The notes beneath the pieces are model-generated. The model did no database searches, had not been told where the DNA came from, and worked only from the letters and a program-made list of their open reading frames with translations. A stretch of 64,000 nucleotides of DNA, taken from positions 1 through 64,000 of the IMG/VR virus record IMGVR_UViG_3300028797_000159. One strand, 5' to 3'. Every line of letters begins with the position of its first letter. The stretch's first letter is position 1. This document shows, one piece after another, positions 9,948 through 19,462 of this stretch. The position numbers were made by a program, and so were the translations under genes. The stretch comes from a virus (lineage: Duplodnaviria; Caudoviricetes).

Positions 9948-10090
9948 AAGCGTATTGAGCTTGTGTCAGATTGTATCGATAATGAATCGAGAATCCCTGA
10001 TACAAATTCAATACGCTTTTCTTGTTTACAGATTTTGATTTTTGCAGTATAATATGTCCATAAATTGAATGGGAATGGATCCTATTCTAA
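9948..10090 (+). promoter_or_regulatory. repeat cassette copy 6
   Basis: aagcgtattga/tcaatacgctt stem; -35 10025; -10 10048. Confidence 0.9.
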
Positions 10091-10107
10091 TACACGGAGA
10101 TTATCTT

Positions 10108-10395
10108 ATGATGACTGAACACGATAAATCTTTTTTCATGGATCTTGTCAATCGACTCTGCGAAGACTATGCATTCCACCGCGATGTTGCGAATAAAATC
10201 GCAATGAAAACATGGGAAGATTGTCATGATTGCAGTTATGATGAAGTTACTAGTAGAGCATACGAGCTGTCTTCATTCGTCGAAGAAACTCTTTGGTTAG
10301 AAATGAGTCGTGCAGGCAATCATTGTTTTGACGAATCAAAGTATGAAGACTCATTGTCATACAAGAAATTTGTTAAATCTGAAAATGATACTTAA
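10108..10395 (+). CDS. hypothetical protein
   Basis: Start after GGAG. Confidence 0.6.
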   Translation: MMTEHDKSFFMDLVNRLCEDYAFHRDVANKIAMKTWEDCHDCSYDEVTSRAYELSSFVEETLWLEMSRAGNHCFDESKYEDSLSYKKFVKSENDT

Positions 10396-10444
10396 TAGTC
10401 ATTAGCTTTTATAATAAGCACATTCAGCAAATTGGAGGATAGTT

Positions 10445-10789
10445 ATGGCAACATTTAAAACTAAACAAGAAATTATTAGCAAATTAAAAGCACAAATTCT
10501 AAAGAAAGATTCCACAGCTATCCATACACTATTATTCGTATATGATAACCAGGTTGATGATGAAAAATCAACTGAAGACGTTAAATATCATAATGGTATT
10601 GGATTTAAACGACAAGATGCTAAGAAAGGATCTGCATTTGCTAAATGGTATAAAGAAAAAGGTTTCTTTACTGCTAAGCAATTAAATGTTGTAAAAAGTA
10701 TGGTTGAAAAATATGCAGGTCAGGTTATAAAATTTAAAATAGATTCAGGCGAAATCTATAAACAAGATGGTATTTGGATTTGGAAATAA
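10445..10789 (+). CDS. conserved phage hypothetical protein
   Basis: YDNQVDDEK...NGIGF motif; GGAGG RBS. Confidence 0.65.
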   Translation: MATFKTKQEIISKLKAQILKKDSTAIHTLLFVYDNQVDDEKSTEDVKYHNGIGFKRQDAKKGSAFAKWYKEKGFFTAKQLNVVKSMVEKYAGQVIKFKIDSGEIYKQDGIWIWK

Positions 10790-10819
10790 TTTAATATAAT
10801 AAATATTAAGGATTACAAT

Positions 10820-11122
10820 ATGAGCACATTCGAAGACATATATGCAGAATGCAGTACAGTAGCTGAAATATTAAGTCAGTATACAGGCGAGGATATTGAC
10901 ACTATTATTGAAGCGTTAAAGTATAGTCGTGATGATTTAACAGCTGAATGGGCAGAAACAAATAATCTTACTCAAAATGAAATATTAGAAATTATTGTAC
11001 ATCATTTAAATGATGCACCTGAATATAGATTAAGTTTTCACCGATATGCTGATGGTGACATATATGTAGATTATCGTCTGTATATTGAAAATCTTACACT
11101 TAACCTTTGGTGGTATAGATAA
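10820..11122 (+). CDS. hypothetical protein
   Basis: ORF with AAGGA RBS. Confidence 0.6.
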   Translation: MSTFEDIYAECSTVAEILSQYTGEDIDTIIEALKYSRDDLTAEWAETNNLTQNEILEIIVHHLNDAPEYRLSFHRYADGDIYVDYRLYIENLTLNLWWYR

Positions 11123-11134
11123 TAGGACTTAATA

Positions 11135-11632
11135 ATGACATATCAGAAAACGTGTAAAATTTGCGGGAATGAATTTGAATCCGAATCAAGGAATACACTC
11201 TATTGTTCTGAAAAATGTGCTAAACGTGGTGCAAAGAAAGCCTACCGTTCACGTAAGATGAAACATATAAATGCTGTTAAACGTGGTGATGATAAAGAAA
11301 TTGAAATACTAATTTCAAATGCATATAGACTTTCACGTGAAGTCGCGAAGATGTGTCTTATTAAAAAATGTGCATGTAAAGACCCTAATCATACATGTGA
11401 GGGCGAATTAGTTGTACATCATATAAATCATAACCCATTTGACTGTCACCCATATAATTTAATATGGCTATGTGAAAAAGCACATAAAGAAATTCATAAT
11501 AATGAGGAAGACTGTTCAATTATGGATGAAATTAAAGCTTATATAACAATAAGAAAACAATCAGAGATTAGAGAGCGGAATAAATTAAAACAACAGAATT
11601 CAAATTCAATAAATAGCGCTATTGATTGTTAA
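11135..11632 (+). CDS. HNH endonuclease with N-terminal Zn finger
   Basis: CKICG...YCSEKC; VHHINHNPFDCHPYNLIWLCEKAHKEIH. Confidence 0.8.
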   Translation: MTYQKTCKICGNEFESESRNTLYCSEKCAKRGAKKAYRSRKMKHINAVKRGDDKEIEILISNAYRLSREVAKMCLIKKCACKDPNHTCEGELVVHHINHNPFDCHPYNLIWLCEKAHKEIHNNEEDCSIMDEIKAYITIRKQSEIRERNKLKQQNSNSINSAIDC

Positions 11633-11634
11633 TA

Positions 11635-11734
11635 TAATCATCTTAATAATCATCTTAATAATCATCTTAATAATCATCTTAATAATCATCTTAATAATCA
11701 TCTTAATAATCATCTTAATAATCATCTTAATAAT
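11635..11734. repeat. 12-bp tandem repeat (taatcatcttaa) x8
   Basis: Eight exact units 11635-11730 plus a partial unit. Confidence 0.95.
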
Positions 11735-12040
11735 ATAATTAATTTATTTTATTTATTAATATATTATAATATTATATAATAAATAATACTAAATTCAAAA
11801 CAGTATAATTTAATAACAAATACCAACCTCATATAATTATATAGTATAATTCATTCAGATTGCGATATAATAAAGTTATATGACTTCTATTGATAAATAC
11901 ATACTATAAAAATGAGGTCTCAAATTTTGCAATTTAGACCTCATTTTAAATATAAATATTTACATGTCGTATTTGCTGTATTAAATTATATAATTTCAAT
12001 TTGACAATTTGAGTTTAATTTAAACCAATTTAACTTATCT

Positions 12041-12251
12041 TGTATTTTATACAATTAGTTCTATAGGTATTGTTGTATAAAATACAAAAATAGTATTATA
12101 TCGTTGAATAATATATAAATGTGTTATTATAGTTTGTTATATTAATTATGATTATAATTTAGTCTCTTCTATAATAAATTATATTCAAAATAATTTAATA
12201 TATTCTGTATTTTATACAATTAGTCCTATAGGTAGTATTGTATAAAGTACA
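12041..12251. repeat. two similar ~46-bp hairpin-forming repeats
   Basis: tgtattttatacaattagt(t/c)ctataggt...ttgtataaa(a/g)taca at 12041-12086 and 12206-12251. Confidence 0.8.
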
Positions 12252-12257
12252 AAAAAT

Positions 12258-12279
12258 GGGATATTCAATTGAATATCCC
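12258..12279. terminator. palindromic terminator-like hairpin
   Basis: gggatattcaattgaatatccc, with an A6 run on its left, just past the stop of the minus-strand gene. Confidence 0.65.
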
Positions 12280-12287
12280 GCAAATAA

Positions 12288-12704
12288 TTATTCAAACACC
12301 TTATGAGGCCCATTTGTTGGTGTTTCCTCTTCAGTATTTTCATTTTCAGATACTTCAACTTCAGTACCTTTATTTTGTAATTTCGCAGTAACTTTTATAT
12401 CGCCTTTTTCTGCTGAAACATCAATTACCTTATTACCTAATTTCATTTTTTCTAATGAACGAACAATAACGAATAATCCAACGAGACCTAACCCACCACC
12501 TAGAACGATATTGCGCGAGGATTCAGTTAAATGTGAAAAGTCCAAAACACACCCTAATGCCATTATTAATGATAAAGCAACTAGTGTATATCGTAAACTG
12601 ATATATTGATGAAATTTTTTGGATCCGTCTAATAGTGGAATTAGGATAAGAAGTAATAGCGTTACAGCAATAAGGATTAATGCTGCGATTGTTGGTGTAA
12701 CCAT
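12288..12704 (-). CDS. membrane protein (3 predicted TM segments; holin-like possible)
   Basis: Hydrophobic N-terminal segments, charged C-tail. Confidence 0.6.
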   Translation of the reverse strand: MVTPTIAALILIAVTLLLLILIPLLDGSKKFHQYISLRYTLVALSLIMALGCVLDFSHLTESSRNIVLGGGLGLVGLFVIVRSLEKMKLGNKVIDVSAEKGDIKVTAKLQNKGTEVEVSENENTEEETPTNGPHKVFE

Positions 12705-12918
12705 AAATTGATTTTCCTTTGTTTGTTAGAATAGTTAAAATAGGACCACAACACAATAATTACTTATTTGATATTGAACAGTTAATTTGTTAAATATCTA
12801 TTTGTATATAATCATTATGATTATTAAGATGATTATTAAGATATTAAAATAAAAATAATAAAAATAATGGTTATTAGTTTAGCTAGTATTATAAATAAAT
12901 ATTTTTGGAGAAGATAAA

Positions 12919-13317
12919 ATGATTAGATGTAAAAGAATGCTTGAAAGTCGTAGAAATAGAAGAATGTTTGAAAATGTTGAAGATCCATGTGAACTTCTTG
13001 CTTCACTTGTAGATCTTGGCAGCGTCGATGTTGAGGATGCTTTCCTTGCATGCTTATCAGAAATGTCAGCTGCTGAATGTAAACGTGTTCTTGCAAAATG
13101 TGGTATGGGTTTTGCACCTGCAGAAGGTGAATTCCCAGCAGATGCTGAAGACGGTCTTGAAGATGCTGATGATTTTGAAGAGCCTGAAGTAGAAGATGAT
13201 GGCCTTGATGAAGATGCTGACGATGAAGTTGAGGAAGTAGAAGATGACGTTGAAGATGATGAAGCTGAACTTGAATCACGACTTCGCCGACTTGAACGTA
13301 AACTCTGCAGACGTTAA
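12919..13317 (+). CDS. acidic protein with C-terminal LESRLRRLER motif
   Basis: D/E-rich low-complexity region; GGAG RBS. Confidence 0.7.
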   Translation: MIRCKRMLESRRNRRMFENVEDPCELLASLVDLGSVDVEDAFLACLSEMSAAECKRVLAKCGMGFAPAEGEFPADAEDGLEDADDFEEPEVEDDGLDEDADDEVEEVEDDVEDDEAELESRLRRLERKLCRR

Positions 13318-13363
13318 TATTTAAGTAATTTTGTGAAACAATATAATATATTGAGGTTTAAAT

Positions 13364-13654
13364 ATGGAATTAACAGTTAGTACACTAAGAAGAATTTTGG
13401 AAAATGCACTTGATCAACTTGAAGACTATAATGATTCTGATGTTGTATCAACAAAAACAAATACATATTTTGTTGATATGCCATTTATGGGCACTAGATA
13501 TGGTTATATCGATTTAAACGATATCGAAGTTGAAGAGTCTTGGGATGAAGATGAGGATGAAGACGAGTTTGATGAGTCACGTAAATTTAAATCACTTCGT
13601 GATAAAAAACTTGAGTCAAGAATTAATCGGCTTGAGAAATTACTTCGTAAGTAA
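13364..13654 (+). CDS. acidic protein with C-terminal LESRINRLEK motif
   Basis: GAGG RBS; motif visible. Confidence 0.7.
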   Translation: MELTVSTLRRILENALDQLEDYNDSDVVSTKTNTYFVDMPFMGTRYGYIDLNDIEVEESWDEDEDEDEFDESRKFKSLRDKKLESRINRLEKLLRK

Positions 13655-13744
13655 TATTTAAATTAAAACGGATATATAGTAACTATATATCCGTTATTTT
13701 ATATATAGCTATTATAAATTTAACTTTTTGTTAATAGATTTAGT

Positions 13745-14377
13745 ATGAAAGTAATTCATTCATCTTATGAAATTTTTACGGATCTTTCAAATCCAATTGA
13801 AGCAATTTTAAAACCAATTGAACGAGCTGGTAGGATTTGTTATAAATCTGAAAATAATATAACAAATGATAGTTGTATTCAGTTTTGTAAAAATATTATT
13901 AGTCGTGGACATGAAGCTGTAATTGAGCATTCACAATTATCTGTTAAATTTACAATTGATAGGGCTATTGCAAATGAACTTGTGAGACATAGACTAGCAA
14001 GCTACTGTCAAGAGTCAACAAGATATTGTTCATATAATAAAAATAAATTTGGGAATGAAATTAAAGTTATTATTCCTGAAGATTTAGAAAATGATGTTGT
14101 TAACTATAGTATTTGGTATGAGTCTTGTATGCACGCTGAAAATGCATATATGGCTTTATTGAGTAATAATGTAAAACCTGAATTAGCTCGTAATGTGCTT
14201 CCATTATCAACAGCTACAGAAATTATTATGACTGCAAATATAAGGGAATGGCGTAATGTATTTCGTCTGCGCACATCATCTTTTGCACATCCACAAATGC
14301 GGTCTATAATGAGATCACTTTTAAAAGAATTGCAAAATAAAATTCCAGTATTATTTGACGATATTACATATAATTAA
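13745..14377 (+). CDS. thyX: FAD-dependent thymidylate synthase
   Basis: GHEAVIEH, ELVRHRLASYCQESTRY (RHRx7S), ELARNVLP, AHPQMR. Confidence 0.95.
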   Translation: MKVIHSSYEIFTDLSNPIEAILKPIERAGRICYKSENNITNDSCIQFCKNIISRGHEAVIEHSQLSVKFTIDRAIANELVRHRLASYCQESTRYCSYNKNKFGNEIKVIIPEDLENDVVNYSIWYESCMHAENAYMALLSNNVKPELARNVLPLSTATEIIMTANIREWRNVFRLRTSSFAHPQMRSIMRSLLKELQNKIPVLFDDITYN

Positions 14378-14395
14378 ATAATAAATATAAAATTT

Positions 14396-14537
14396 AAGTG
14401 TATTAGATTTGTATTCAGATTGTATCGAATTTAATTCGAAATCCCTGATACAAATTTAATACACTTTTTTCGTTTACAAGCTGCTTAATCTGCAGTATAA
14501 TATGTCCATAAATTGAGTGATAATAGTGTTGCTCAAT
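14396..14537 (+). promoter_or_regulatory. repeat cassette copy 7
   Basis: aagtgtattagatttgtat/atacaaatttaatacactt stem; -35 14473; -10 14496; hairpin attgag/ctcaat. Confidence 0.9.
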
Positions 14538-14553
14538 AGCAAAGGATTTAAAC

Positions 14554-14790
14554 ATGACAGGTGATAGACTTATTACTCATAATTCCAGTGAGCTTTGGTC
14601 GCTGTTAAGTATCATTAAAAATGATTTTCCCAAACTAAAGAAAATGGGTTATTCATTTGCTTCTGTAGTAGAAGGTCATAATTGTGAATGCTTTGTATAT
14701 GGTTGGAAACAACGTTCACGCGCAGTGAATGAAGCCATTATGAATGATGGTCTTGCATTCGATCTTAAAACTAATAAAAAGTTATTCTAA
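14554..14790 (+). CDS. hypothetical protein
   Basis: ORF downstream of cassette 7. Confidence 0.6.
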   Translation: MTGDRLITHNSSELWSLLSIIKNDFPKLKKMGYSFASVVEGHNCECFVYGWKQRSRAVNEAIMNDGLAFDLKTNKKLF

Positions 14791-14806
14791 CGCTAAGGGG
14801 CTAAAT

Positions 14807-15838
14807 ATGAAACTCGCAAATATTCCATTCGTACAACAGATGATTGATTCTAAATATATTGTTGTTCGTAAACACCATGAGTTTGATTTATATATTTATA
14901 ACTATACTAAACAAGCTGCAGCCGAACATGTTTGGAATGAAGCAACTGAACAGTGCCGTGGAATTATTTGTGATAAAGAAATGAATGTTGTTGCACGTCC
15001 ATTTGCAAAATTCTATAACTATGAAGAGCTTTTACAGCAAGGTAAACAAATTCCTGATCTTCCATTTGAAGTATATGAGAAACTTGATGGTTCATTAGGT
15101 ATCTTGTATTTTTATAACGGAAAACCGTATATTGCAACTCGTGGGTCATTTGATTCTGCACAAGCAAAACATGCAACTGATATTTTATATTCAAAATATT
15201 CAGATAAATTAGATTTATTAGATAAATCAAAAACTTATTTGTTTGAAATTATTTATAAAGACCCAATGACTTCACTTGTTGTGAACTATGGCGATACTGA
15301 TGATATTTTCCTTATTGCTGTAATTGACACTGAAACTGGTTTTGAAGATGATATTTATGATTATAAACACATCTTTAAAACTACTACTAAATATGAATCA
15401 GTAAAAGACTATTTATCATTCCGTAAAGATCAGAGTGGATATAACCGAGAGGGCTTTGTAATTAAATTCTCAAATGGATTTCGTATGAAATTAAAATTTG
15501 AAGAATATTTTAAAGCACATTCAGCTCAATTCCATTTGAGCATTAAATCAGCATATAAAGCTATTTTGGAAAATAAAGTTGATAAAGTCCGTTCATATAT
15601 TGATGAACATTTATCAGAAGAATCAGCTTTATATTTTGATGAATTAGTTAAATCAGTGTATACTAAATACAAAGACATTGAAGATGAGTGTTTATCTAAA
15701 TTTCGTGATGATTTTAAATCACGACAAGAAGCTGCACAATATTTCTTACAATGTAAATATTCAAAAGTCTTATTCCAATTATATGATGGAAAAGATTATT
15801 CGAAATTTATTTGGAAATTAGTTGAAAAAGAATTATAA
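14807..15838 (+). CDS. T4 Rnl1-type RNA ligase
   Basis: IYNYT, CRGII, RPFAKFYN, EKLDGS (motif I), ATRGSF, EGFVIK, RMKLK. Confidence 0.9.
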   Translation: MKLANIPFVQQMIDSKYIVVRKHHEFDLYIYNYTKQAAAEHVWNEATEQCRGIICDKEMNVVARPFAKFYNYEELLQQGKQIPDLPFEVYEKLDGSLGILYFYNGKPYIATRGSFDSAQAKHATDILYSKYSDKLDLLDKSKTYLFEIIYKDPMTSLVVNYGDTDDIFLIAVIDTETGFEDDIYDYKHIFKTTTKYESVKDYLSFRKDQSGYNREGFVIKFSNGFRMKLKFEEYFKAHSAQFHLSIKSAYKAILENKVDKVRSYIDEHLSEESALYFDELVKSVYTKYKDIEDECLSKFRDDFKSRQEAAQYFLQCKYSKVLFQLYDGKDYSKFIWKLVEKEL

Positions 15839-15913
15839 ATTTACATGTCGTAGCTATATAAGTTTATATAGCTACATTATTATATTCCACATTTATAATT
15901 GAGGTAAACAATT

Positions 15914-16390
15914 ATGGAAAATATTAATCACCTTTCTACACAGAAAATTCATAAAATGGGAATTGATTTTGCAATTGAAGCTGCAAAAAATCATAATGAT
16001 ATACTAATTAATAGTCAATCACACCCTGATCAATATTTTGTTGACACTGAATATGGATTAAAAGAAGTTGTGTTTTGTTGTAGCACAAAGCATAAAAATA
16101 AAGACCGTATTAATTGCAATATTTCTAAAAAAGAAAATCAAAATAGAACAACTATGTTAAATGAATTTAGCAATAAATTTTACATCCTTGTTCATATGGA
16201 TTTACAAAATAATGTTAATAGATTTTTCAAAATAAGTCATACAGATCTTTGTATGCTTGTATATAAAAATGATTGTTTTAGAACAAATAATCCAAATATG
16301 ACCATCAAAGAATGGCTTTGCAATGGACATGGTAGAAATAATATATCACTTGAAATTCTTGCACAAAATGGTTATGAGATTTGGAAATAA
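15914..16390 (+). CDS. hypothetical protein
   Basis: GAGG RBS. Confidence 0.6.
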   Translation: MENINHLSTQKIHKMGIDFAIEAAKNHNDILINSQSHPDQYFVDTEYGLKEVVFCCSTKHKNKDRINCNISKKENQNRTTMLNEFSNKFYILVHMDLQNNVNRFFKISHTDLCMLVYKNDCFRTNNPNMTIKEWLCNGHGRNNISLEILAQNGYEIWK

Positions 16391-16426
16391 TTATTAAATT
16401 TTAATTATATAGAAGGATTTATTAAT

Positions 16427-16681
16427 ATGGTTAAAACTTTTAGTTATACATCTAGTAATGGAACAAAAGATCGTAAAGTTCTTGTTATTAAAGAAAATGA
16501 TACTTATATTGCAGGTATTGATTTAAATCTTCTTTCTAGTGAGGAAGCTAAAGCTGTTTATGAAATGTATAAAGATATCATACCAACAAATGATTTTAAA
16601 TCTAAAATTGTATTAGATAATTTTAATCCTGCATGGAATAAAGCATATAGACAATTTAGCAAATCTCATATTAATAAGTAA
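16427..16681 (+). CDS. hypothetical protein (WYL-like possible)
   Basis: FSY...R...IAGID...AYRQF pattern. Confidence 0.4.
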   Translation: MVKTFSYTSSNGTKDRKVLVIKENDTYIAGIDLNLLSSEEAKAVYEMYKDIIPTNDFKSKIVLDNFNPAWNKAYRQFSKSHINK

Positions 16682-16683
16682 AC

Positions 16684-16824
16684 TATGTGTATCAGGGATT
16701 TTTATTTTATATTGAAACTGTGTCGAAAATCCCTGGTACAAAATGACATAATTTTTCTGTTTACAAACAAATTCCTTTGCAGTATAATATACCTACAAAA
16801 TGAATGAGAGTGGACTCATTCAAT
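16684..16824 (+). promoter_or_regulatory. repeat cassette copy 8
   Basis: tgtatcagggattt/aaatccctggtaca inverted repeat; -35 16760; -10 16783; hairpin tgaatgag/ctcattca. Confidence 0.9.
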
Positions 16825-16840
16825 AGACTAAGAGGTTATT

Positions 16841-17101
16841 ATGCATAGATACTTAATTAGATTCAATTTTAATAATGATTGTATAACCTTTAACAAAGGT
16901 TCTAATCATGAATGGGATGGATCACTAATTGACCTTTATGCAGATTCTCTTGAAGATGCCGCATTAAAATCAATATTCGATATTGATGGTATTAATTTGT
17001 CAAAGGTAAGACGATACACAAAATCAATTTGGGAACATATTGGTGAATATTATGCAAAAGTAAATACAGTAACTTTATATGGTATTCATGATAATGCTTA
17101 A
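16841..17101 (+). CDS. hypothetical protein
   Basis: AGAGG RBS. Confidence 0.6.
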   Translation: MHRYLIRFNFNNDCITFNKGSNHEWDGSLIDLYADSLEDAALKSIFDIDGINLSKVRRYTKSIWEHIGEYYAKVNTVTLYGIHDNA

Positions 17102-17345
17102 TGAACAATATGATGACTTACAAGGGTTACTATATAAATGTAAAACAAAAGCTGAATTAAAGGAAACTCTAAGACCTTACGTAAAGAAAATATATCAGAG
17201 TTATATCGACATTATATTTTCACCGCGCACTGTAGATTCCATGAAAAATGAAATTTACACATTTGAGCAGTTCGTACATTGTATATCAGCATTTGACATG
17301 CTTATCATAGATAAGATGGTTAAAGACATCTTACGAGAGCAGTGA
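17079..17345 (+). CDS. hypothetical protein
   Basis: ORF overlapping the previous gene; start uncertain. Confidence 0.55.
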   Translation: MVFMIMLNEQYDDLQGLLYKCKTKAELKETLRPYVKKIYQSYIDIIFSPRTVDSMKNEIYTFEQFVHCISAFDMLIIDKMVKDILREQ

Positions 17346-17374
17346 ACTTTAGTAAATAAGGAGTAATTTATACT

Positions 17375-17722
17375 ATGAGTCTTGACATTACTTTTTATCA
17401 TACAAATGATGTTGAGGATGTATCATATAATATTACTCACAATATGAATGTAATGGCTGAACACGTTCCTCTTCAAAATGGGTATACATTATATAATTTG
17501 TTATGGAGAGGTGATGAGATGTCACCTAAGATTGAGAAAGCATATCAAATGACTGACTTACTAATTGATGCTATTAAATATCTTGCCATTCATAAAAATG
17601 AGCTTCTTCAATATAACCCATCAAATGGATGGGGTGACTTCGACTGTTTATTTGATTTTGTTGGTAGTTGTCTTGTAGCGTCAATTGCATACCCTAATGA
17701 TTGTGTATCTTATAGTAGGTAG
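17375..17722 (+). CDS. conserved phage protein (MSLD type)
   Basis: NITHNM...YNPSNGWGDF. Confidence 0.65.
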   Translation: MSLDITFYHTNDVEDVSYNITHNMNVMAEHVPLQNGYTLYNLLWRGDEMSPKIEKAYQMTDLLIDAIKYLAIHKNELLQYNPSNGWGDFDCLFDFVGSCLVASIAYPNDCVSYSR

Positions 17723-17731
17723 TAAGCTAAT

Positions 17732-18103
17732 ATGAAAGCTAGTAAATTTGCATATAGCAGTGATATTTACACTGGCGTTAAATTAAACGATAACACTTAC
17801 TCTAAACTTTATTGCGAGTATATGGGTAGATGGCCAATTGATATCTACGATGGTTATTCTAACAAATGCTGTAGAGTAACATGCTACAAAGGATATCACA
17901 TACCTGATAAGGAATTATGGTTTTCATCTATAAGCGTAGCGAGATATTGGATATCTAAATATGGTGATCACGAAGTTCAGTTTTACGTTGATGATAATCG
18001 TAACTCATGGCTAATTGTAAAAGAGATTCAATCTTTTGATGATATAAAAGATCTTAGAAAGTTTAAGAAAAAATTAAAAAGAGCTGGTGTTAAAACTACT
18101 TAA
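17732..18103 (+). CDS. hypothetical protein
   Basis: 123-aa ORF. Confidence 0.6.
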   Translation: MKASKFAYSSDIYTGVKLNDNTYSKLYCEYMGRWPIDIYDGYSNKCCRVTCYKGYHIPDKELWFSSISVARYWISKYGDHEVQFYVDDNRNSWLIVKEIQSFDDIKDLRKFKKKLKRAGVKTT

Positions 18104-18259
18104 TTATTTTTATTATATAAGATAATTTAATATTTTAAAATATTTTATGTATATCTATAAATTATAATAAATGTTATTAGACATCATTTACAAATAATAT
18201 TTATTATAATATTTATAATAAATATCATATTAAATTATTTTATACTATGGAGATTTACA

Positions 18260-18607
18260 ATGAGATATTATCGTAAATTTGAAAAAGCTAATAATAAAGC
18301 TGCTGCATTTTTTAGTGATATTAAAGATATTCATGATCTTATGAAATCAAATAAAAAACCAGTTGATATTGATTATGATGGTCCATATGCAGAAGTTAAA
18401 TTACCTGCTGGTTTTCTTTCACGTAAAGACCAGGAGCCATTTGCAACAATTGTTTGGAATATTATGATGGATGATGGCCCACGTTGGAATATGACAGTCT
18501 ATTCAACATCTGACGGCAATCATAAAAAAGTTGGCACATTTAATGATGCTAATGCAGTTGCTGAAAAACTATCTTCACTTTATGATAAAGTTGCATCAAA
18601 AGATTAA
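18260..18607 (+). CDS. hypothetical protein
   Basis: GGAG RBS; MRYYRKFE leader. Confidence 0.65.
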   Translation: MRYYRKFEKANNKAAAFFSDIKDIHDLMKSNKKPVDIDYDGPYAEVKLPAGFLSRKDQEPFATIVWNIMMDDGPRWNMTVYSTSDGNHKKVGTFNDANAVAEKLSSLYDKVASKD

Positions 18608-18655
18608 TTAATAACGTAAAGTTAAATTATATATAATAAGATAAAAATATATAAA

Positions 18656-18804
18656 TTTACAGGTCATATTTCATATTTATCAGTTTGTATCTGACAATAA
18701 ATCAGAATCACTGATACAAAAATAATGCACTTTTTTGGTTTACATTATCGTTATTTTGATGTATAATATATTTATAAATTGAATGAGAATAGACTCGTTC
18801 AATT
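18656..18804 (+). promoter_or_regulatory. repeat cassette copy 9 (upstream of the tRNA cluster)
   Basis: tttacaggtcata box; aatcactgataca; -35 18739; -10 18762. Confidence 0.85.
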
Positions 18805-18967
18805 ACATATAATAAGATTTATATATGTAACAGTGATCTTCAGGCATAAACGTTGATGATATAACGTTCGCCCAATATGGAAGTTCCGATAAATTCCATA
18901 ATATCGTATGATTCCGAAGTACAAGGAATCTTAATATTATGGTAACCTATAGTAATATAGGTAATTT

Positions 18968-19051
18968 GCTCGAATGGCGAAATTGGTAAACGCGACAGAC
19001 TCAAAATCTGTTATCTTCATTGATTTGAGAGTTCGATTCTCTCTTCGAGCA
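18968..19051 (+). tRNA. tRNA-Leu(CAA)
   Basis: gctcgaa/ttcgagc acceptor; acaga-ctCAAaa-tctgt; gttcga T-loop. Confidence 0.92.
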
Positions 19052-19055
19052 TTAT

Positions 19056-19126
19056 TCCGTGATAGTTTAATAGTAGAACAGTGGACTTTGACTCCGCCAG
19101 TATAGGTGCAATTCCTGTTCACGGAA
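19056..19126 (+). tRNA. tRNA-Gln(UUG)
   Basis: tccgtga/tcacgga; gtgga-ctTTGac-tccgc. Confidence 0.85.
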
Positions 19127-19195
19127 TTTCTTTGAAAAATAAATAAAAGAAAGTTAAATATAATGTACATCTTATGTATATTATAATTATAACAT

Positions 19196-19279
19196 GGGTG
19201 GTTTACCTAAGTGATCAACAGGTCGAGGCTGTAAACCTCGCGGCTAACGCCTTCGGTGGTTCGAATCCATCATCGCCCA
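19196..19279 (+). tRNA. tRNA-Tyr(GUA)
   Basis: cgagg-ctGTAaa-cctcg; long variable arm. Confidence 0.9.
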
Positions 19280-19283
19280 TTAT

Positions 19284-19365
19284 GCGAGAATGGTGAAATT
19301 GGTAAACACATAGCACTTAAAATGCTACGCTTTTTAGCTTGAGGGTTCGATTCCCTCTTCTCGCA
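19284..19365 (+). tRNA. tRNA-Leu(UAA)
   Basis: gcgagaa/ttctcgc; tagca-ctTAAaa-tgcta. Confidence 0.92.
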
Positions 19366-19370
19366 CTTAT

Positions 19371-19457
19371 GCTCTTGCAGCGAAATGGGCAAACGCGGCG
19401 GTTTTAATCACCGACTGGTGATAAACACCTTGAGGCTTCGAGAACTCTCCAAGAGCA
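19371..19457 (+). tRNA. atypical tRNA-Leu(UAA)-like / pseudo-tRNA
   Basis: Good acceptor, D and variable arms; loop tttaatc has U37; irregular T-arm. Confidence 0.6.
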
Positions 19458-19462
19458 TTTAT

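Noticed and set aside
19371-19457. Ochre suppressor (UUA anticodon) reading of the atypical tRNA
   Set aside because: The best stem (cggt/accg) centres UAA; a UUA register breaks the anticodon stem.
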